NCBI GenBank assembly: GCA_002269645.1
Contig: NIVC01002898.1
Span: forward strand, 62,001-126,000
Length of the DNA: 64,000 nucleotides
DNA from: Macrostomum lignano
Taxonomy: Eukaryota
Direction of reading: 5' to 3'
Translations under genes and position numbers: made by a program
The notes under the pieces: model-generated
What the model was told of the DNA's origin: nothing
What the model saw: only the letters and a program-made list of their open reading frames with translations
Databases searched by the model: none
Part shown: positions 35,894 to 54,717 of the stretch, in pieces
Numbering within the stretch: position 1 is the stretch's first letter
Layout: the number at the start of each line of letters is the position of its first letter

Positions 35894-38360
35894 GTCACTA
35901 AGTTCACAAACCATTGGGTCAGCAAGTTCACAAACCATTGGGTCAGCAAGTTCACAAACCATTGGGTCAGTGAGGTCACAAACCATTGGGTCAGTGAGGT
36001 CACAAACCATTGGGTCAGCAAGGTCACAAACCATTGGGTCAGTAAGTTCACAAACCATTGGTTCAGTGAGGTCACAAACCATTGGGTCAGTGAGGTCACA
36101 AACCATTGGGTCAGCAAGTTCACAAACCATTGGGTCAGTGAGGTCACAAACCATTGGGTCAGTGAGGTCACAAACCATTGGGTCAGCAAGGTCACAAACC
36201 ATTGGGTCAGTAAGTTCACAAACCATTGGGTCAGTGAGGTCACAAACCATTGGGTCAGTGAGGTCACAAACCATTGGGTCAGTGAGTTCACAAACCATTG
36301 GGTCAGTGAGTTCACAAACCATTGGGTCAGCAAGTTCACAAACCATTGGGTCAGCAAGTTCACAAACCATTGGGTCAGTGAGGTCACAAACCATTGGGTC
36401 AGTGAGGTCACAAACCATTGGGTCAGCAAGGTCACAAACCATTGGGTCAGTAAGTTCACAAACCATTGGGTCAGTGAGGTCACAAACCATTGGGTCAGTG
36501 AGGTCACAAACCATTGGGTCAGTAAGTTCACAAACCATTGGGTCAGTGAGGTCACAAACCATTGGGTCAGCAAGTTCACAAACCATTGGGTCAGTGAGTT
36601 CACAAACCATTGGGTCAGCAAGTTCACAAACCATTGGGTCAGCAAGTTCACAAACCATTGGGTCAGTGAGTTCACAAACCATTGGGTCAGTGAGTTCACA
36701 AACCATTGGGTCAGTGAGTTCACAAACCATTGGGTCAGAAAGTTCACAAACCATTGGGTCAGAAAGTTTACAAACCATTGGGTCAGCAAGTTCACAAACC
36801 ATTGGGTCAGCAAGTTCACAAACCATTGGGTCAGCAAGTTCACAAACCATTGGGTCAGCAAGTTCACAAACCATTGGGTCAGTGAGTTCACAAACCATTG
36901 GGTCAGTGAGGTCACAAACCATTGGGTCAGTGAGGTCACAAACCATTGGGTCAGTGAGGTCACAAACCATTGGGTCAGTGAGGTCACAAACCATTGGGTC
37001 AGCAAGGTCACAAACCATTGGGTCAGTAAGTTCACAAACCATTGGGTCAGTGAGGTCACAAACCATTGGGTCAGTGAGGTCACAAACCATTGGGTCAGTG
37101 AGTTCACAAACCATTGGGTCAGTGAGTTCACAAACCATTGGGTCAGCAAGTTCACAAACCATTGGGTCAGCAAGTTCACAAACCATTGGGTCAGTGAGTT
37201 CACAAACCATTGGGTCAGTGAGGTCACAAACCATTGCGTCAGTGAGGTCACAAACCATTGGGTCAGCAAGTTCACAAACCATTGGGTCAGCAAGTTCACA
37301 AACCATTGCGTCAGTGAGGTCACAAACCATTGGGTCAGCAAGTTCACAAACCATTGGGTCAGCAAGTTCACAAACCATTGGGTCAGCAAGTTCACAAACC
37401 ATTGGGTCAGCAAGTTCACAAACCATTGGGTCAGTGAGGTCACAAACCATTGGGTCAGAAAGTTCACCAACCATTGGGTCAGTGAGTTCACAAACCATTG
37501 GGTCAGTGAGTTCACAAACCATTGGGTCAGAAATTTTACAAACCATTGGGTCAGTGAGTTCACAAACCATTGGGTCAGTGAGTTCACAAACCATTGGGTC
37601 AGTGAGTTCACAAACCATTGGGTCAGAAATTTCACAAACCATTGGGTCAGTGAGTTCACAAACCATTGGGTCAGTGAGTTCACAAACCATTGGGTCAGTG
37701 AGTTCACAAACCATTGGGTCAGTGAGGTCATAAACCATTGGGTCAGTGAATTCACAAACCATTGGGTCAGCAAGTTCACAAACCATTGCGTCAGTGAGGT
37801 CACAAACCATTGGGTCAGCAAGTTCACAAACCATTGGGTCAGCAAGTTCACAAACCATTGGGTCAGCAAGTTCACAAACCATTGGGTCAGTGAGGTCACA
37901 AACCATTGGGTCAGCAAGGTCACAAACCATTGGGTCAGTAAGTTCACAAACCATTGGGTCAGTGAGGTCACAAACCATTGGGTCAGTGAGTTCACAAACC
38001 ATTGGGTCAGCAAGTTCACAAACCATTGGGTCAGTGAGTTCACAAACCATTGGGTCAGCAAGTTCACAAACCATTGGGTCAGCAAGTTCACAAACCATTG
38101 GGTCAGCAAGTTCACAAACCATTGGGTCAGTGAGGTCACAAACCATTGGGTCAGTGAGTTCACAAACCATTGGGTCAGCAAGTTCACAAACCATTGGGTC
38201 AGCAAGTTCACAAACCATTGGGTCAGCAAGTTCACAAACCATTGGGTCAGTGAGTTCACAAACCATTGGGTCAGCAAGTTCACAAACCATTGGGTCAGTG
38301 AGTTCACAAACCATTGGGTCAGCAAGTTCACAAACCATTGGGTCAGTAAGTTCACAAACC
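35894..38360. repeat. 24-bp satellite, ~103 units (CAAACCATTGGGTCAGNNAGKTCA)
   Basis: Period 24 (8-aa periodic translations in several frames). Variation is almost confined to three positions. Confidence 0.97.
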
Positions 38361-39009
38361 AGCAATGAAATTTTATTTCTTAATTTTGAAAAAGAAAATC
38401 ATGATCAAAATCAAGGACAAAAAATGAATTTTATTCTTTTGCGTGAGTTGCATTATCAAAGCCTATTATGACTTAACTTGTATGTATTGTACAGTAATTA
38501 ATGATTAATCACATAGGTAGGGTTTTACATCAATAGAAACAAACAGCATCAGAATACTGCAGGACCAGCCATTTTGCACTATGCGGAGATGCAGTTGTGA
38601 GCTGAATTATACAGCAATTAAAAGAATCCAGTTTGGCACACGCTAATTAAAGATACGTTAAAAAACGAATGTTGAATAGTAATTAGCATAAGACCATAAG
38701 TAGTGGGGTCTATACGGCTTCAATTTGATTAATCGCATAAGAGTGAGTACTAAAAGCTGGCTAAGACCTGCTTAGCGTGTGGACACGAGGCTAAGGTATT
38801 TTACATGCAATTAGTACATTTAAGTCTTGTAGAAATGTATCTACAGCCCTTAAAAGGGCCGCTTTACAACAGACATCAGTGTATTTTTGTTAGAAACTTG
38901 CGTAAAAATATTTCCTCATTGATTGATTTCTTATACTCGTATGGAAGCAGATCGTCTAGCAAAAATAACAGATACTAGTAGAACTACTAAATATACCACT
39001 CGCAATAGA

Positions 39010-39730
39010 AGGGAAAAATAGAGCGCCTACTGATCTTTCAGAAGTTGTCTTCTGCTCAGTGTAACTTACGAGCGTAATTTAAATGAAATGAAACAGCTAG
39101 AATTTCCTTTCTTTCCTCGGGGTTTTTTGTCGCCTCAGGAGCATATGGGGTTAAGAATGAGCAAGCATTTAATTCGATGTACACAAATGAACGCCAGACG
39201 GACGAAGCTCAGCCTAGGGGAAGGCCCTATCTAGCTCAGCCAATGAGAGAGAAGTAAGGAGAGAGAGATCAAAGTCAGACGAACGAAAATCAGCCTGGGA
39301 AAAGGCCCAATCTGGCTCAGCCAATGAGAGAGCAGTAAGGAGAGAGATCAAAGTCAGACGAACGAAAATCAGCCTGGGAAAAGGCCCAATCTGGCTCAGC
39401 CAATGAGAGAGCAGTAAGAAGAGAGATCAAAGTCAGACGAACGAAAATCAGCCTGGGAAAAGGCCCAATCTGGCTCAGCCAATGAGAGAGCAGTAAGGAG
39501 AGAGATCAAAGTCAGACGAACGAAAATCAGCCTGGGAAAAGGCCTAATCTGGCTCAGCCAATGAAAGAGCAGTAAGGAGAGAGGTCAAAGGCAGTTGTTT
39601 ATCGGCCTGGCTGGGGGCCACCCTTTTTCTCACTTGCCCACTGTGCACACGACCTAGATTTTGGGTTTTTTAAGCTTTCCTGCTACAATCTTCAGACTTC
39701 AGTCTGGAGTCGGTAGAACAGGATTTAATG
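39010..39730 (+). mobile_element. Dispersed LTR-like repeat with a 79-bp tandem CCAAT module (copy 2)
   Basis: About five 79-bp units (39223, 39304, 39383, 39462, 39541). Homologous flanks with 18440-19070. Confidence 0.75.
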
Positions 39731-40025
39731 AAATAAACTGTTATAAAGACAAAAAACACTAATCTTGCTACTGAAAAGAGTAGACAAGCGCATTTTTGCG
39801 AATCACATATCTGGTTATTCTTCTAGGGTATCTGTAGCTCAACCCCTCAAACCGCGTCACTCCAACTGCATAGAGAAACCGTTATTAAAGCTTCATCTAT
39901 TTAAGCTGAAGTACATGAAACGAAAATCGGTCTGAGATTTCCATTACTTTTCTATCTTTGATTGCTGATGCTGTAAATGTACACACAGAATGTGAATTTA
40001 TTAACTTAATAATTCTTTAGAATCC

Positions 40026-40463
40026 TCACGAATCCCCTCCATCCTCTTCCCGATCGTGCTGCTGCTGTCCAAATCTGACGCCACGGCCTCCGCTAGCGAC
40101 TCCCCGATTCATATAGTAAGCCAGCATGGAGTACAGCAGCGGCATGCCCTGGCAGCTGGGATCTTCGCGCAAGTTCAACTCTCTGGACAGCAGGCTGCGA
40201 CTCAGCCGGGCCTGCGGTTGTCCGCTCTCGGCCGCCAGCACCGATGCCGCATTGGAGTACTCGTTGAACTCGAGGTATTCTCGAATTAATTCGTTAATCA
40301 GCAGGTTCTCGTTGGACAGTCCGGGTCGCTGCTGGCCAGACGGCCGCGGCTCCTCGAGAGAGCGATAGATCTCAGCCCTGAGACTGGCCCTGATGTCTTG
40401 CAGGACTCCACGCGATTCCAAATTCTCTTTCAATGCCGATTTCAATTCGTCAACGGATGCCAT
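40026..40463 (-). CDS. CEP20: Centrosomal protein 20 (FOPNL/FOR20), LisH domain, 145 aa, intronless
   Basis: MASVDELKSALKENLESRGVL..IRASLRAEIYRSL...LSNENLLINELIREYLEFNEY...ASVLAAESGQP...L.RELN...PLLYSML matches the FOR20 family pattern. Confidence 0.93.
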   Translation of the reverse strand: MASVDELKSALKENLESRGVLQDIRASLRAEIYRSLEEPRPSGQQRPGLSNENLLINELIREYLEFNEYSNAASVLAAESGQPQARLSRSLLSRELNLREDPSCQGMPLLYSMLAYYMNRGVASGGRGVRFGQQQHDREEDGGDS

Positions 40464-40946
40464 TTGATCAAGTGGGGGCTTTTTTGAGATTTTTATCTTT
40501 AAATAGCCTATTGCACTACAGAAACAAGTAAAAACGAGCGATTTTTATGGTCAAATTTGAAGATTAAAAAAACTAAAACTTTAAAAAGTAGCCTAAATTA
40601 AAGAAAAAACTCATAAACACGGATGATGTTGTACAAATCTGAAATAATTTTTCTCTCAGGTAATCTTTATTCGAGTTACATACTTACAAAACAAATTATT
40701 GTACAAATCAATTAGGCAATCTTTGCTAGACAGATATGCACGCATCATGGAATCATGCTTTGGCAGTGGCGCAGCTAAAAAGTATTTATTATTACTTATA
40801 TAACTTTCAGAGAAAAAATATTTGTGTACATGATTTTTGTTTTGTGGCTCTCGAAACTTAAACTGGATAGCTTATGTACTAACAGTAGTTAGTAACCTCA
40901 CTCAATTTAAACGAGTCCCTCTAATCAAAGAAGAGAATATAGATAG

Positions 40947-41382
<436 letters not shown>

Positions 41383-41698
41383 TTCCCCAGCTGCAAATTA
41401 CCCAATATACTGCCAGCACATGCCAGATAAAAGTGCAAAAAGACACAGTAGGCCCATCGTAAAAAAACAGAAAATATGGAATCTGTCAATAATAATGAGT
41501 ACATTTAGACGCAACAGATGACTCGCAGTCAAACAGTGCCTATTATTATTGGAGGTAGTAATCAATGATTTCTGTTCGCAAAATAAATCAGTACAGTACT
41601 TTAAGTTTGAATTGCTTGTGATTTGCAAAACCAATGCACTTCCAATTTGATTAATAGAAAAAATTCAGAGACCATAAGGTTATAAAATTATTAATTAT

Positions 41699-46449
<4,751 letters not shown>

Positions 46450-49127
46450 TTCTTTGCCTAGGTTGTATTTTCTCTAGAGGACCCTCAGACTCGCTGGTTT
46501 CCTATTGAAGATTTCTCCGGCATTAAAAACAGAAGTTGAAAAAAGACACTCATTTTAACCCTAAATACAGTAAATAGCGGAAGTCAAATTTAGCTGACAT
46601 GTCAGCTTCTATAAATACAGATTATTGATAAAGCTTATTTACTATTTATTGAACAGCATTGATAAGTGGTAAGTGGAAAAAAGATAACAAAAAGATGATT
46701 TTATAATCAGTTTTTTTAAACTGTAGCACAACTCTAGCTAGGACCCCTGGTTTGAATCTGTGAGTGGCCAAATACCTTGAGCCTGTGTGGGCGTGTGTAT
46801 GAGTGCCTGCCTGTGTACAGTATTGGAGCACTTGTGTGTACTCAGAAGTCAGCAGAATGATGCAAGATACGTAGCTAAGCCGATTTTCTATAATTAACTA
46901 ACTAGGCCTAGTGGCTTCAGCTTTGAGTTTTTTATTGAGTTTTTTATTGAGTTTATTGAGTTTTTTATTTTTTATATGTTTTCCTTGTGGCCCATTTGCA
47001 TTTCTATTTAACCCACCTTCCTTTACTTTTTTTAACACTCACTTTCTCCTCTCTCTCTCTCGCTCTCTTGCCCTTTTCTCCTTTTCTACATTTCAAACTT
47101 GCTTATTTGCCTTTGCTTTCTTTTCTTGGTTCTTGGCTGTTTCTATATTTATACTTACTTTAGCACTTGAGTTCCTTTTAAATTAGCCTCTTTGCACTAC
47201 CATCACCTCCCATTTATCACTTGTTATCAGCTCGGAACTGAAAATTATTAACAATAAATAATGATGCACATCAATTTATATTTATTCTTTGACCAATAAA
47301 ACCATAGATTTATCTTAACTACACTTGTACTTTACCCATAGGGCAAAAAATAACCCATTCTCAACTCTAAGCAAGCTCTAAGAATCTAAGTCTCCATAAT
47401 ACAATAATTATAGTTGTGGCAATATCACACTACTATTAGTAAGCTTTAACACAATTGATGCATTATTTTTGTATCTAATAACCAGAGAATAACTGCAGTA
47501 CTGCACCCAATTTCCAACTATTCAACTACAACTTCAACTACCTCCCCTTAGAATTGGGAACCTTGGTAGATGGAGTAAACTTGGCAGATTTTTTTATTGA
47601 ACTGCATGATTTTTGTGCAAACTTAAATGATGGCAACAATTCAAATTTGCTAAACCACCCCAACTTTAAAATGACAGCAACCATTTATCAATAATTTTTT
47701 CCCAAACTGACTTCATCTCACTTTTTTCTTTTTTCACTTTTGGCCTTGCTCTTTTGATATAATCTAAGATTTTTGCTCATTTTGCTAAATATATGAGTCA
47801 TGACCAAAAAGTTTTGATAATTCCCTTAAATATAAGCAAGCCTTAGATATAGTTTCCTATAGACTCAATTTGAAATGTTTGAAAACAAAAAATGTATATT
47901 TTATAAAATTAAACTCAAGACTTTATATTAAAAAAAATATTAATATAGGACTCAATCTAGTCTAGACAAAAGTTTTATAAGTGCTACAGGGGTCTTGGGA
48001 GAGGGAAGTTATCCTATTGCTGACACCAAATTTGTTGTAGGGTTCTTTTCTCTTTACTGAAATCTCACTGCTTGCTACCAAAACTGTTGTAGGGGGGGGG
48101 GGTCGAGGGTTATTGGGAATTTTCAGGGTTTTCTTAGAATTCGGGGCGAACTGCGCAATTTATACTACTAACAGGAGTAAGCCGTAGGTTGCTCCTGGTG
48201 GCGTGGTGTGTCCGAGCGGCAAGACACCATTTCTATTCTCAGTCCGGGAAATATAGATGGGAGAGGGGAATTAAGGGCTTCGCGATGGATCGGAGTTGCC
48301 TGGGAAAGCGTACTAATGGGGAATTTCTAAATACTAATAGGGAATGCTGACAGCATTAGATAAGAAGGCAATCTGCCTAATGAATGTGGGAAATTTCGAC
48401 TAGGAAGGGTTGGGATTGGGAGCGGGGATGCCGGGGGGGGGGCAGACTGTATGTCTGAGGGAATAAGGCTGTACACCTGAGCAGACAGACTGTCCACTAA
48501 AAGGGGGGAGGGGCAGAAGCAGCGGGCGCCAGTTCTGCTGGGAGAAGGGAAAGAGACAAAACTCGGGGGGGGGGCAGGATTGAATGTCCCTGGGAAAGGG
48601 GGAAGAAGTTTTAAACACTTCTAACTGTACAAGCTTCGCAGGGGGAAAGGCGGAACGCCTTTAAATGACTAAGATGGAGCTATTTTTAGAACAGTGTTCA
48701 GTTACAACCGCTGAATAACTAGGCTAGCGGAGGTCTCAGCGAACAAAGCAGTTCAGCAGGGAGGAAGCGAGTGTTCCTTTTCTCGATTTATTTTCTTGCT
48801 TATATAGGATTTGCTAACAAAATGGCGGACGCATTTAAACTAATAAAACACTAGATTATATGGTAGGCTACTAATCGAAACTAACAATTACTACTAATGA
48901 TAAAAAATATTTATTTATGTAGGCACAATAATTTCTTGTAGTTTTTAGAAAAATAGTTGTATTATACGTGAAATCAGTAGACAAAATAGACAAAAATAGG
49001 CAAAGTAGGCAAAATAATAGGCAACTGTTACATAAGCTTTCAATAAACCAAAATGGCATCAATTCATATGCCAAAATATTTATATCAATTTAAAAGGATG
49101 TAGTTCATATATAAGAAAATTATAATA

Positions 49128-49250
49128 ATATTTAGCTATCCTTCAGTTTCGTTCGTTTAATTATTTCTGGAATTATTTTGCCCTCTATTCAAGGGTGGTG
49201 GGGGGTGGGTGTTGGAATTAAACGAACAAAACTAGAAGATAGCCTAATAT
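49128..49250. repeat. Imperfect ~35-bp inverted repeat (small MITE-like hairpin)
   Basis: ATATTTAGCTATCCTTCAGTTTCGTTCGTTTAATT (49128-49162) versus AATTAAACGAACAAAACTAGAAGATAGCCTAATAT (49216-49250). Confidence 0.6.
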
Positions 49251-50829
49251 TTTAAAGTTTTTAATATGCCAAAAAATACTTATGTATGAATCAACCACAT
49301 AGTCTAGGTTAGCCATTTAACATGTACTGTTATGCTCAACTTTCAACCAGTATATATTGGAAAAAATATTAATTTGAAATATTAAAGACTCACACAGCTA
49401 GAGCCTATAGGTATCTATATTATATGGGGTGGATAGGCCCATTAGATTTTTAAATCTTGAAGTCAAAAAGCGTGCACATTTTGAAAATATTTCAGCAAGT
49501 CAAAGATGTAATAAAATTGATTCTGACTTTTCCTAAATTGAGTTTTGACATTGAAATTGAAATTTATAAATCAGAAATGAGCCTACAGTACATATTACAA
49601 TGCCTTGTCTACTGCCTACTCTATTCTATCATTAAATATATAGAAAATCACGAATCATTATATCCAATATCCATATTCATACACCAATTAGCGATAAAAG
49701 TGTGAGTTAGTACGTTAAAAATAGTCAACCGAATTAACATTTTAAGATAATTTCTACCTTCTTGGCTGGCTTCACGATTATATGAATCTATGCTAATCGT
49801 TATACCAACGTTAGGTTAGCAGGAGCAGCCCATGAACACTGCTGGCGCAACAGTCTGAACATATGAATACGAGTACACGTGTATGAAGCTTATCTGACTT
49901 TGATCTTTTAGACTCTTATCTAGTTGGACCAACCTAACCTCAGGCCTCTCTTCCTGAGACCTCGTCTATCGTTCGTCACCTTAACAACAAGGCTCGACCC
50001 TCGAGCCTGGACCAATTGAAAACAGCCGTATATACACGTTAGGCGGTATAGAACACGGCAAAAACCGCCTATAAGGCAGTCCGTATCATGCTATATGATA
50101 CAGTAGCATGCTATAGACCGCCTTTTTTATGCGCACAAGGGCCAAATATGGCACAAATTTGAACAGACGTTTTTGCTTATTTTTTAGTTCACTAATGCAA
50201 AGTAGGCCTAGCGATTTTACTAACCTACTACGCTACTATTCTCTAGTACAGTATTTTAGTGTCACTAGAATGCTAGATAAATATTAGGTCAGGATGACTT
50301 AGTTACAACTTACAAGTGTAAGTGTTAACATTTAACATTATTTTATGTAGGCCTACTAAGTACTAGCTGTTTATTATTTCCACAATATTAATAGGCCCAG
50401 CGAATTAATATTAGAACAGGAGGAGAACAATACGACTCGACTTAAAGTTCAATAAGTGAACTTGGATGGCGCTCAGTTTCAGTTTGTAGCTAGGCCTATG
50501 CACAATTTTGTAACTGAATGCAATAACTGTGTGACTAAGCTAGGCCTAGGGCTATATATTCAATATTCTTTTTTCTGAACCCTGAATCCTGAGTTTAGGA
50601 GAGAAACTATTTAGTAAAGCTAGCTATATTGATAGATATATTGAACAACCATAATTTAGGGTTCTAATATACTATACTAATAGCCTATTATATATATTCC
50701 ATAAATGGATATATTTTTTATTTTTTATTTTATTGATAAATTGGGTTCTATTCTACTATTTTATGTTATAGGTTGAGCCTGAAATTAGTATTTAGTATTT
50801 AGAGGTTCTATATTTTTTTTAACCTTCCC

Positions 50830-52860
50830 TTTCCCCATAACCTGCTAGCCTTCCCTACATGGTTACACCCTACTGCCCTTGCTTTACCATATCTTACCCT
50901 GATGGCCTTCCTACAACACTTGCTACCTTTTCTTATCAATACAAGCCTTTCCCATACCTTACTGCCCTTCATTGTCTTTTATGGGCCTTTTCCATACCCT
51001 GCTGTCTTTCACAAACCTTGCTGCTCTTCAATGTATCCTGCTTGGCCTTCATTGTATATTGTTGGCCTTCCCACATGGCCATACCTTGCTGGCTTTTCCC
51101 ATATCCTGCTAGCCTTCCCCACACCCTACTGTCTTTCCCCATACCCTGCTGTCTTTCCCCTACCCTGCTGTCCTTCCCCACACCCTTGCCAGCCTTCCTT
51201 ACTCCTTGCTAGATTTCCCCACACCCTGCCAGCTTCCCCACACCCTGCCAGCTTCCCCACATCCTGCTCGCCTTCCCTACTCCATGCTACCCTTCCCCAC
51301 ACCCTGCTGTCCTTCCCCACATCCTGCTGGCCTTCCCTACTCCCTGCTACCCTTCCCCACACCCTGCTGTCCTTCCCCATCAATGCAGGCCTTCCTCACT
51401 CCCTGCTGGCATTCCCCACACCCTGCCGGCCTTCCCCACATCCTGCTGGCCTTCCCTACTCCTTGCTACCCTTCCCCACACCCTGCCGGCCTTCCCCACA
51501 TCCTGCTGGCCTTCCCTACTCCCTGCTACCCTTCCCCACACCCTGCTGTCCTTCCCCACACCCTGCTTGTCTTCACTACCAATGCAGGCTTTCCCTACAC
51601 CCTGCTGTCCTTCCCCATACCCTGCTGTCTTTCCCCATACCCTGCTGTCTTTCCCCTACCCTGCTGTCCTTCCCCACACCCTGCCAGCCTTCCTTACTCC
51701 TTGCTGGCTTTCCCCACACCCTGCTGGCTTCCTCACATCCTGCTAGACTTCCCCACACCCTGCCAGCTTCCCCACATCCTGCTGGCCTTCCCTACTCCTT
51801 GCTACCCTTCCCCACACCCTGCCGGCCTTCCCCACACCCTGCTGGCTTTCCTTACTCCCTGCTACCCTTCCCCACACCCTGCCGGCCTTCCCCACACCCT
51901 GCTGGCTTTCCTTACTCCCTGCTACCCTTCCCCACACCCTGCTGTCCTTCCCCACACCCTGCTTGTCTTACACTACCAATGCAGGCTTTCCCTACACCCT
52001 GCTGTCCTTCCCCATCAATGCAGGCCTTCCTCACTCCCTGCTGGCATTCCCCACACCCTGCCGGCCTTCCCCACATCCTGCTGGCCTTCCCTACTCCTTG
52101 CTACCCTTCCCCACACCCTGCCGGCCTTCCCCACACCCTGCCGGCTTCCCCACTTCCTGCTGGCCTTCCCTACTCCCTGCTACCCTTCCCCACACCCTGC
52201 TGTCCTTCCTCACACCCTGCTGTCCTTCCCCACACCCTGCTAATCTTCACTACCAATGCAGGCTTTCCCTACACCTTGCTGTCCTTCCCCATCAATGCAG
52301 GCCTTTCCCACTCCCTTCTGGCATTCCCTACACCCTGCCGGCCTTCCCCACATCCTGCTACCCTTCCCCACACCCTGCCGGCCTTCCCCACCCCCTGCCG
52401 GCTTCCCCACTTCCTGCTGGCCTTCCCTACTCCCTGCTACCCTTCCCCACACCCTGCTGTCCTTCCCCACACCCTGCCAGCCTTCCCTACTGCTGGCCTT
52501 CCCTATTTCCTGCTACCCTTCCCCACACCCTGCCGGCCTTCCCCACACCCTGCTGGCCTTCCCCACACCCTGCCTGCTTCCCCTCATCCTGCTAGCCTTC
52601 CCTACTCCCTGCTACCCTTCCCCACACCCTGCCAGCCTTCTCTACTGCTGGCCTTCCCTATTTCCTGCTACCCTTCCCCACACCCTGCTGTCCTTCCCCA
52701 CACCCTGCCTGCCTTCCCTACTGCTGGCCTTCCCTATTTCCTGCTACCCTTCCCCACACCCTGCCGGCCTTCCCCATACCCTGCTGTCATTTCCCATACC
52801 CTGCCACTCTACCTCTCACAGGCTACCCCTCCCAGACAGCCCTCCCAGACAGCCCTCCTA
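50830..52860 (-). repeat. C-rich (inverted) copy of the arm minisatellite
   Basis: Reverse complement of the G-rich modules; the 50859-51212 translation is identical to that of 2440-2793 and 60736-61089. Confidence 0.95.
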
Positions 52861-54717
52861 GACAGCCCCTCCAGGCTAACCCGACTCTACCCCTCCCAGG
52901 CAGCCCTTCCGGGCTTCATCTCCCACTCAACCTCTTCCAGAAGCGGAGGACGATCGCAGGACTGTTTGCTGCCTGCCGCTTCAGCTGCAGTGACCGCCGG
53001 CTCAAGCGGAGGACGATCGCAGGACTGTCTGCTGCCTGCCGCTTCGGCTGCAGTGACCGCCGGCTCAAGCGGAGGACGATCGCTGCTCCGCGTGCTATCA
53101 TCTACTAGTGTTGTGAGTGCTAAGGGCGATCGAAGGACTAATGAAGAAGCATATTATCCGATTTCTTTTAGAGGAGATCTATGCCAGTTATTTATCTTCT
53201 CGTTTAATTAGCAGTGAGGAAAAAAAGACGACTATTATATGCTGCCGCTTATACACTCTACAATATCATCAGCAGAATACGTTAAATGAGGTCGTTTGAA
53301 ACAAGAGTACGTAGATGGTAAGATGGCATGTATTTAGCAGTTTAGCTTCTTCCTAGTGAAATCAGTGAATTGTGTTGGTCGCTTACAGAACCTATTCAGC
53401 TTCTCCGCTCATAGTCACTCCAGCATCAAGTGCTAACAATGCAGATTAGCTATGAACTGTATTGGAATGCTTTGCATCATGCATTTGCATTTTAAATACA
53501 AGGACTTTTTCTCTCGTTCATTGGCAGGTATCAAGATGAGACAAAGCAATGTGCATTATGCTGCTGCCTATTCATAGGACGCAGAGTGCACGCAGGATCC
53601 TCTGAGGTGAAAGAAGACGACGGTGACGACTACGACATGTATGACTATTCAGCCACATTGGACAGAAATTAGCTGTTAGCCGACGTAGCCGTATAAATGT
53701 TTGGTCACACTTCTCTGTGCCCGTGGCGTATAGAACATTTAATCCGTGACTTCTTTGCACTATTGCACTACCATCAAACGCTGACGCTCTTTTTCTCGCT
53801 CTGTAATGCTGTAACCAGTTTTTTGTCCCCCCTTGTCGAGTTTGAGAGAACTATGCAGCGCATTTTTTCGACAAGAGTTTTTCATTGTCTTTTGTCAATG
53901 TGCAGTTTTACGAGTACATGTATATACTTAACTGAGTATTGTAAACATGTGCCTCTAAAATAAAACAGACTTCACTGCTTTTAACTATGCTTTTTACGAT
54001 AATTCGCTCTGTCATGTCCTGAAACATTCCTGTTTTATCGAATTCTCTTTTGATGATGACACAAATATGGTCACAAAGAATAGTGGGAGGTAGAGCCATA
54101 TGGCGAGAGGTATAAAGTGATTTTACATGATTTTACATGATTTTACGAGAGGTATGATTTTACATTACAGTAGTCTCAATAGTTTATCTGCCCCTATTGG
54201 CCTCCCTTTCTCCTTCTCGCCCTCTGTCTCTGCAGCACCTGTTGGTTAAAAATTAGAGGAAAGCTCGGCAAGAAAAGCCTCTGTGGAAAAGTCTCGTGCT
54301 CTCATAGCCTGACATCCTGCCACTTTTTAAATAGCCATGACTTTCCTGGTACATGGACATTTACATACGTAAGTTGTTTCCATCGGATTGAGACATGATT
54401 TATAACTAGTATAGGTATATTAGTAATAGTAAATTCAGTCAGTCTTATCATATACGAGCAGTGGCGGATCTAGAATTTCATTTTGGGAGGGGGCGGTCCA
54501 AGTTTAGGAGGCCAACATGAGTAATGAGGGGCACCTATTATGAGGGGGTGCAAAAATGCTGTACTGCTGAAAATAACGAACGGGAAACACGGATTGCATG
54601 TTATTAATTTAAATACGTACGAGTATTTGATTTGAGAAGCACAATATATCGGGAAAAGTTTTGCCTTCTCTGTGACGTGCTTGGCAAGTGCACATGCACT
54701 AGCTACATGGGGGGGGG

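Noticed and set aside
35807-38471. 850-aa periodic ORFs, or a CRISPR-like array
   Set aside because: Contiguous 24-bp tandem units with no unique spacers; eukaryotic context; open frames are an artefact of a stop-free unit.
48190-48260. tRNA-like A-box (and a B-box-like GGTTTGAATC at ~46750)
   Set aside because: No cloverleaf or paired A/B boxes; at most decayed SINE heads.
48815-48855. AAAATGGCGG (YY1-like) start of an unannotated gene
   Set aside because: The ORF closes after 10 codons, with no supporting splice donor.
50023-53102. Helitron interpretation of the individual arms (hairpin near an end, no TSD per arm)
   Set aside because: The paired inverted arrangement with CA...TG ends and a 7-bp TSD around the whole 11.9 kb explains the data better; no 5'-TC start.
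53908-54099. Possible P/THAP transposase C-terminal remnant in the spacer
   Set aside because: Only vague resemblance; no catalytic motifs recognisable by eye.
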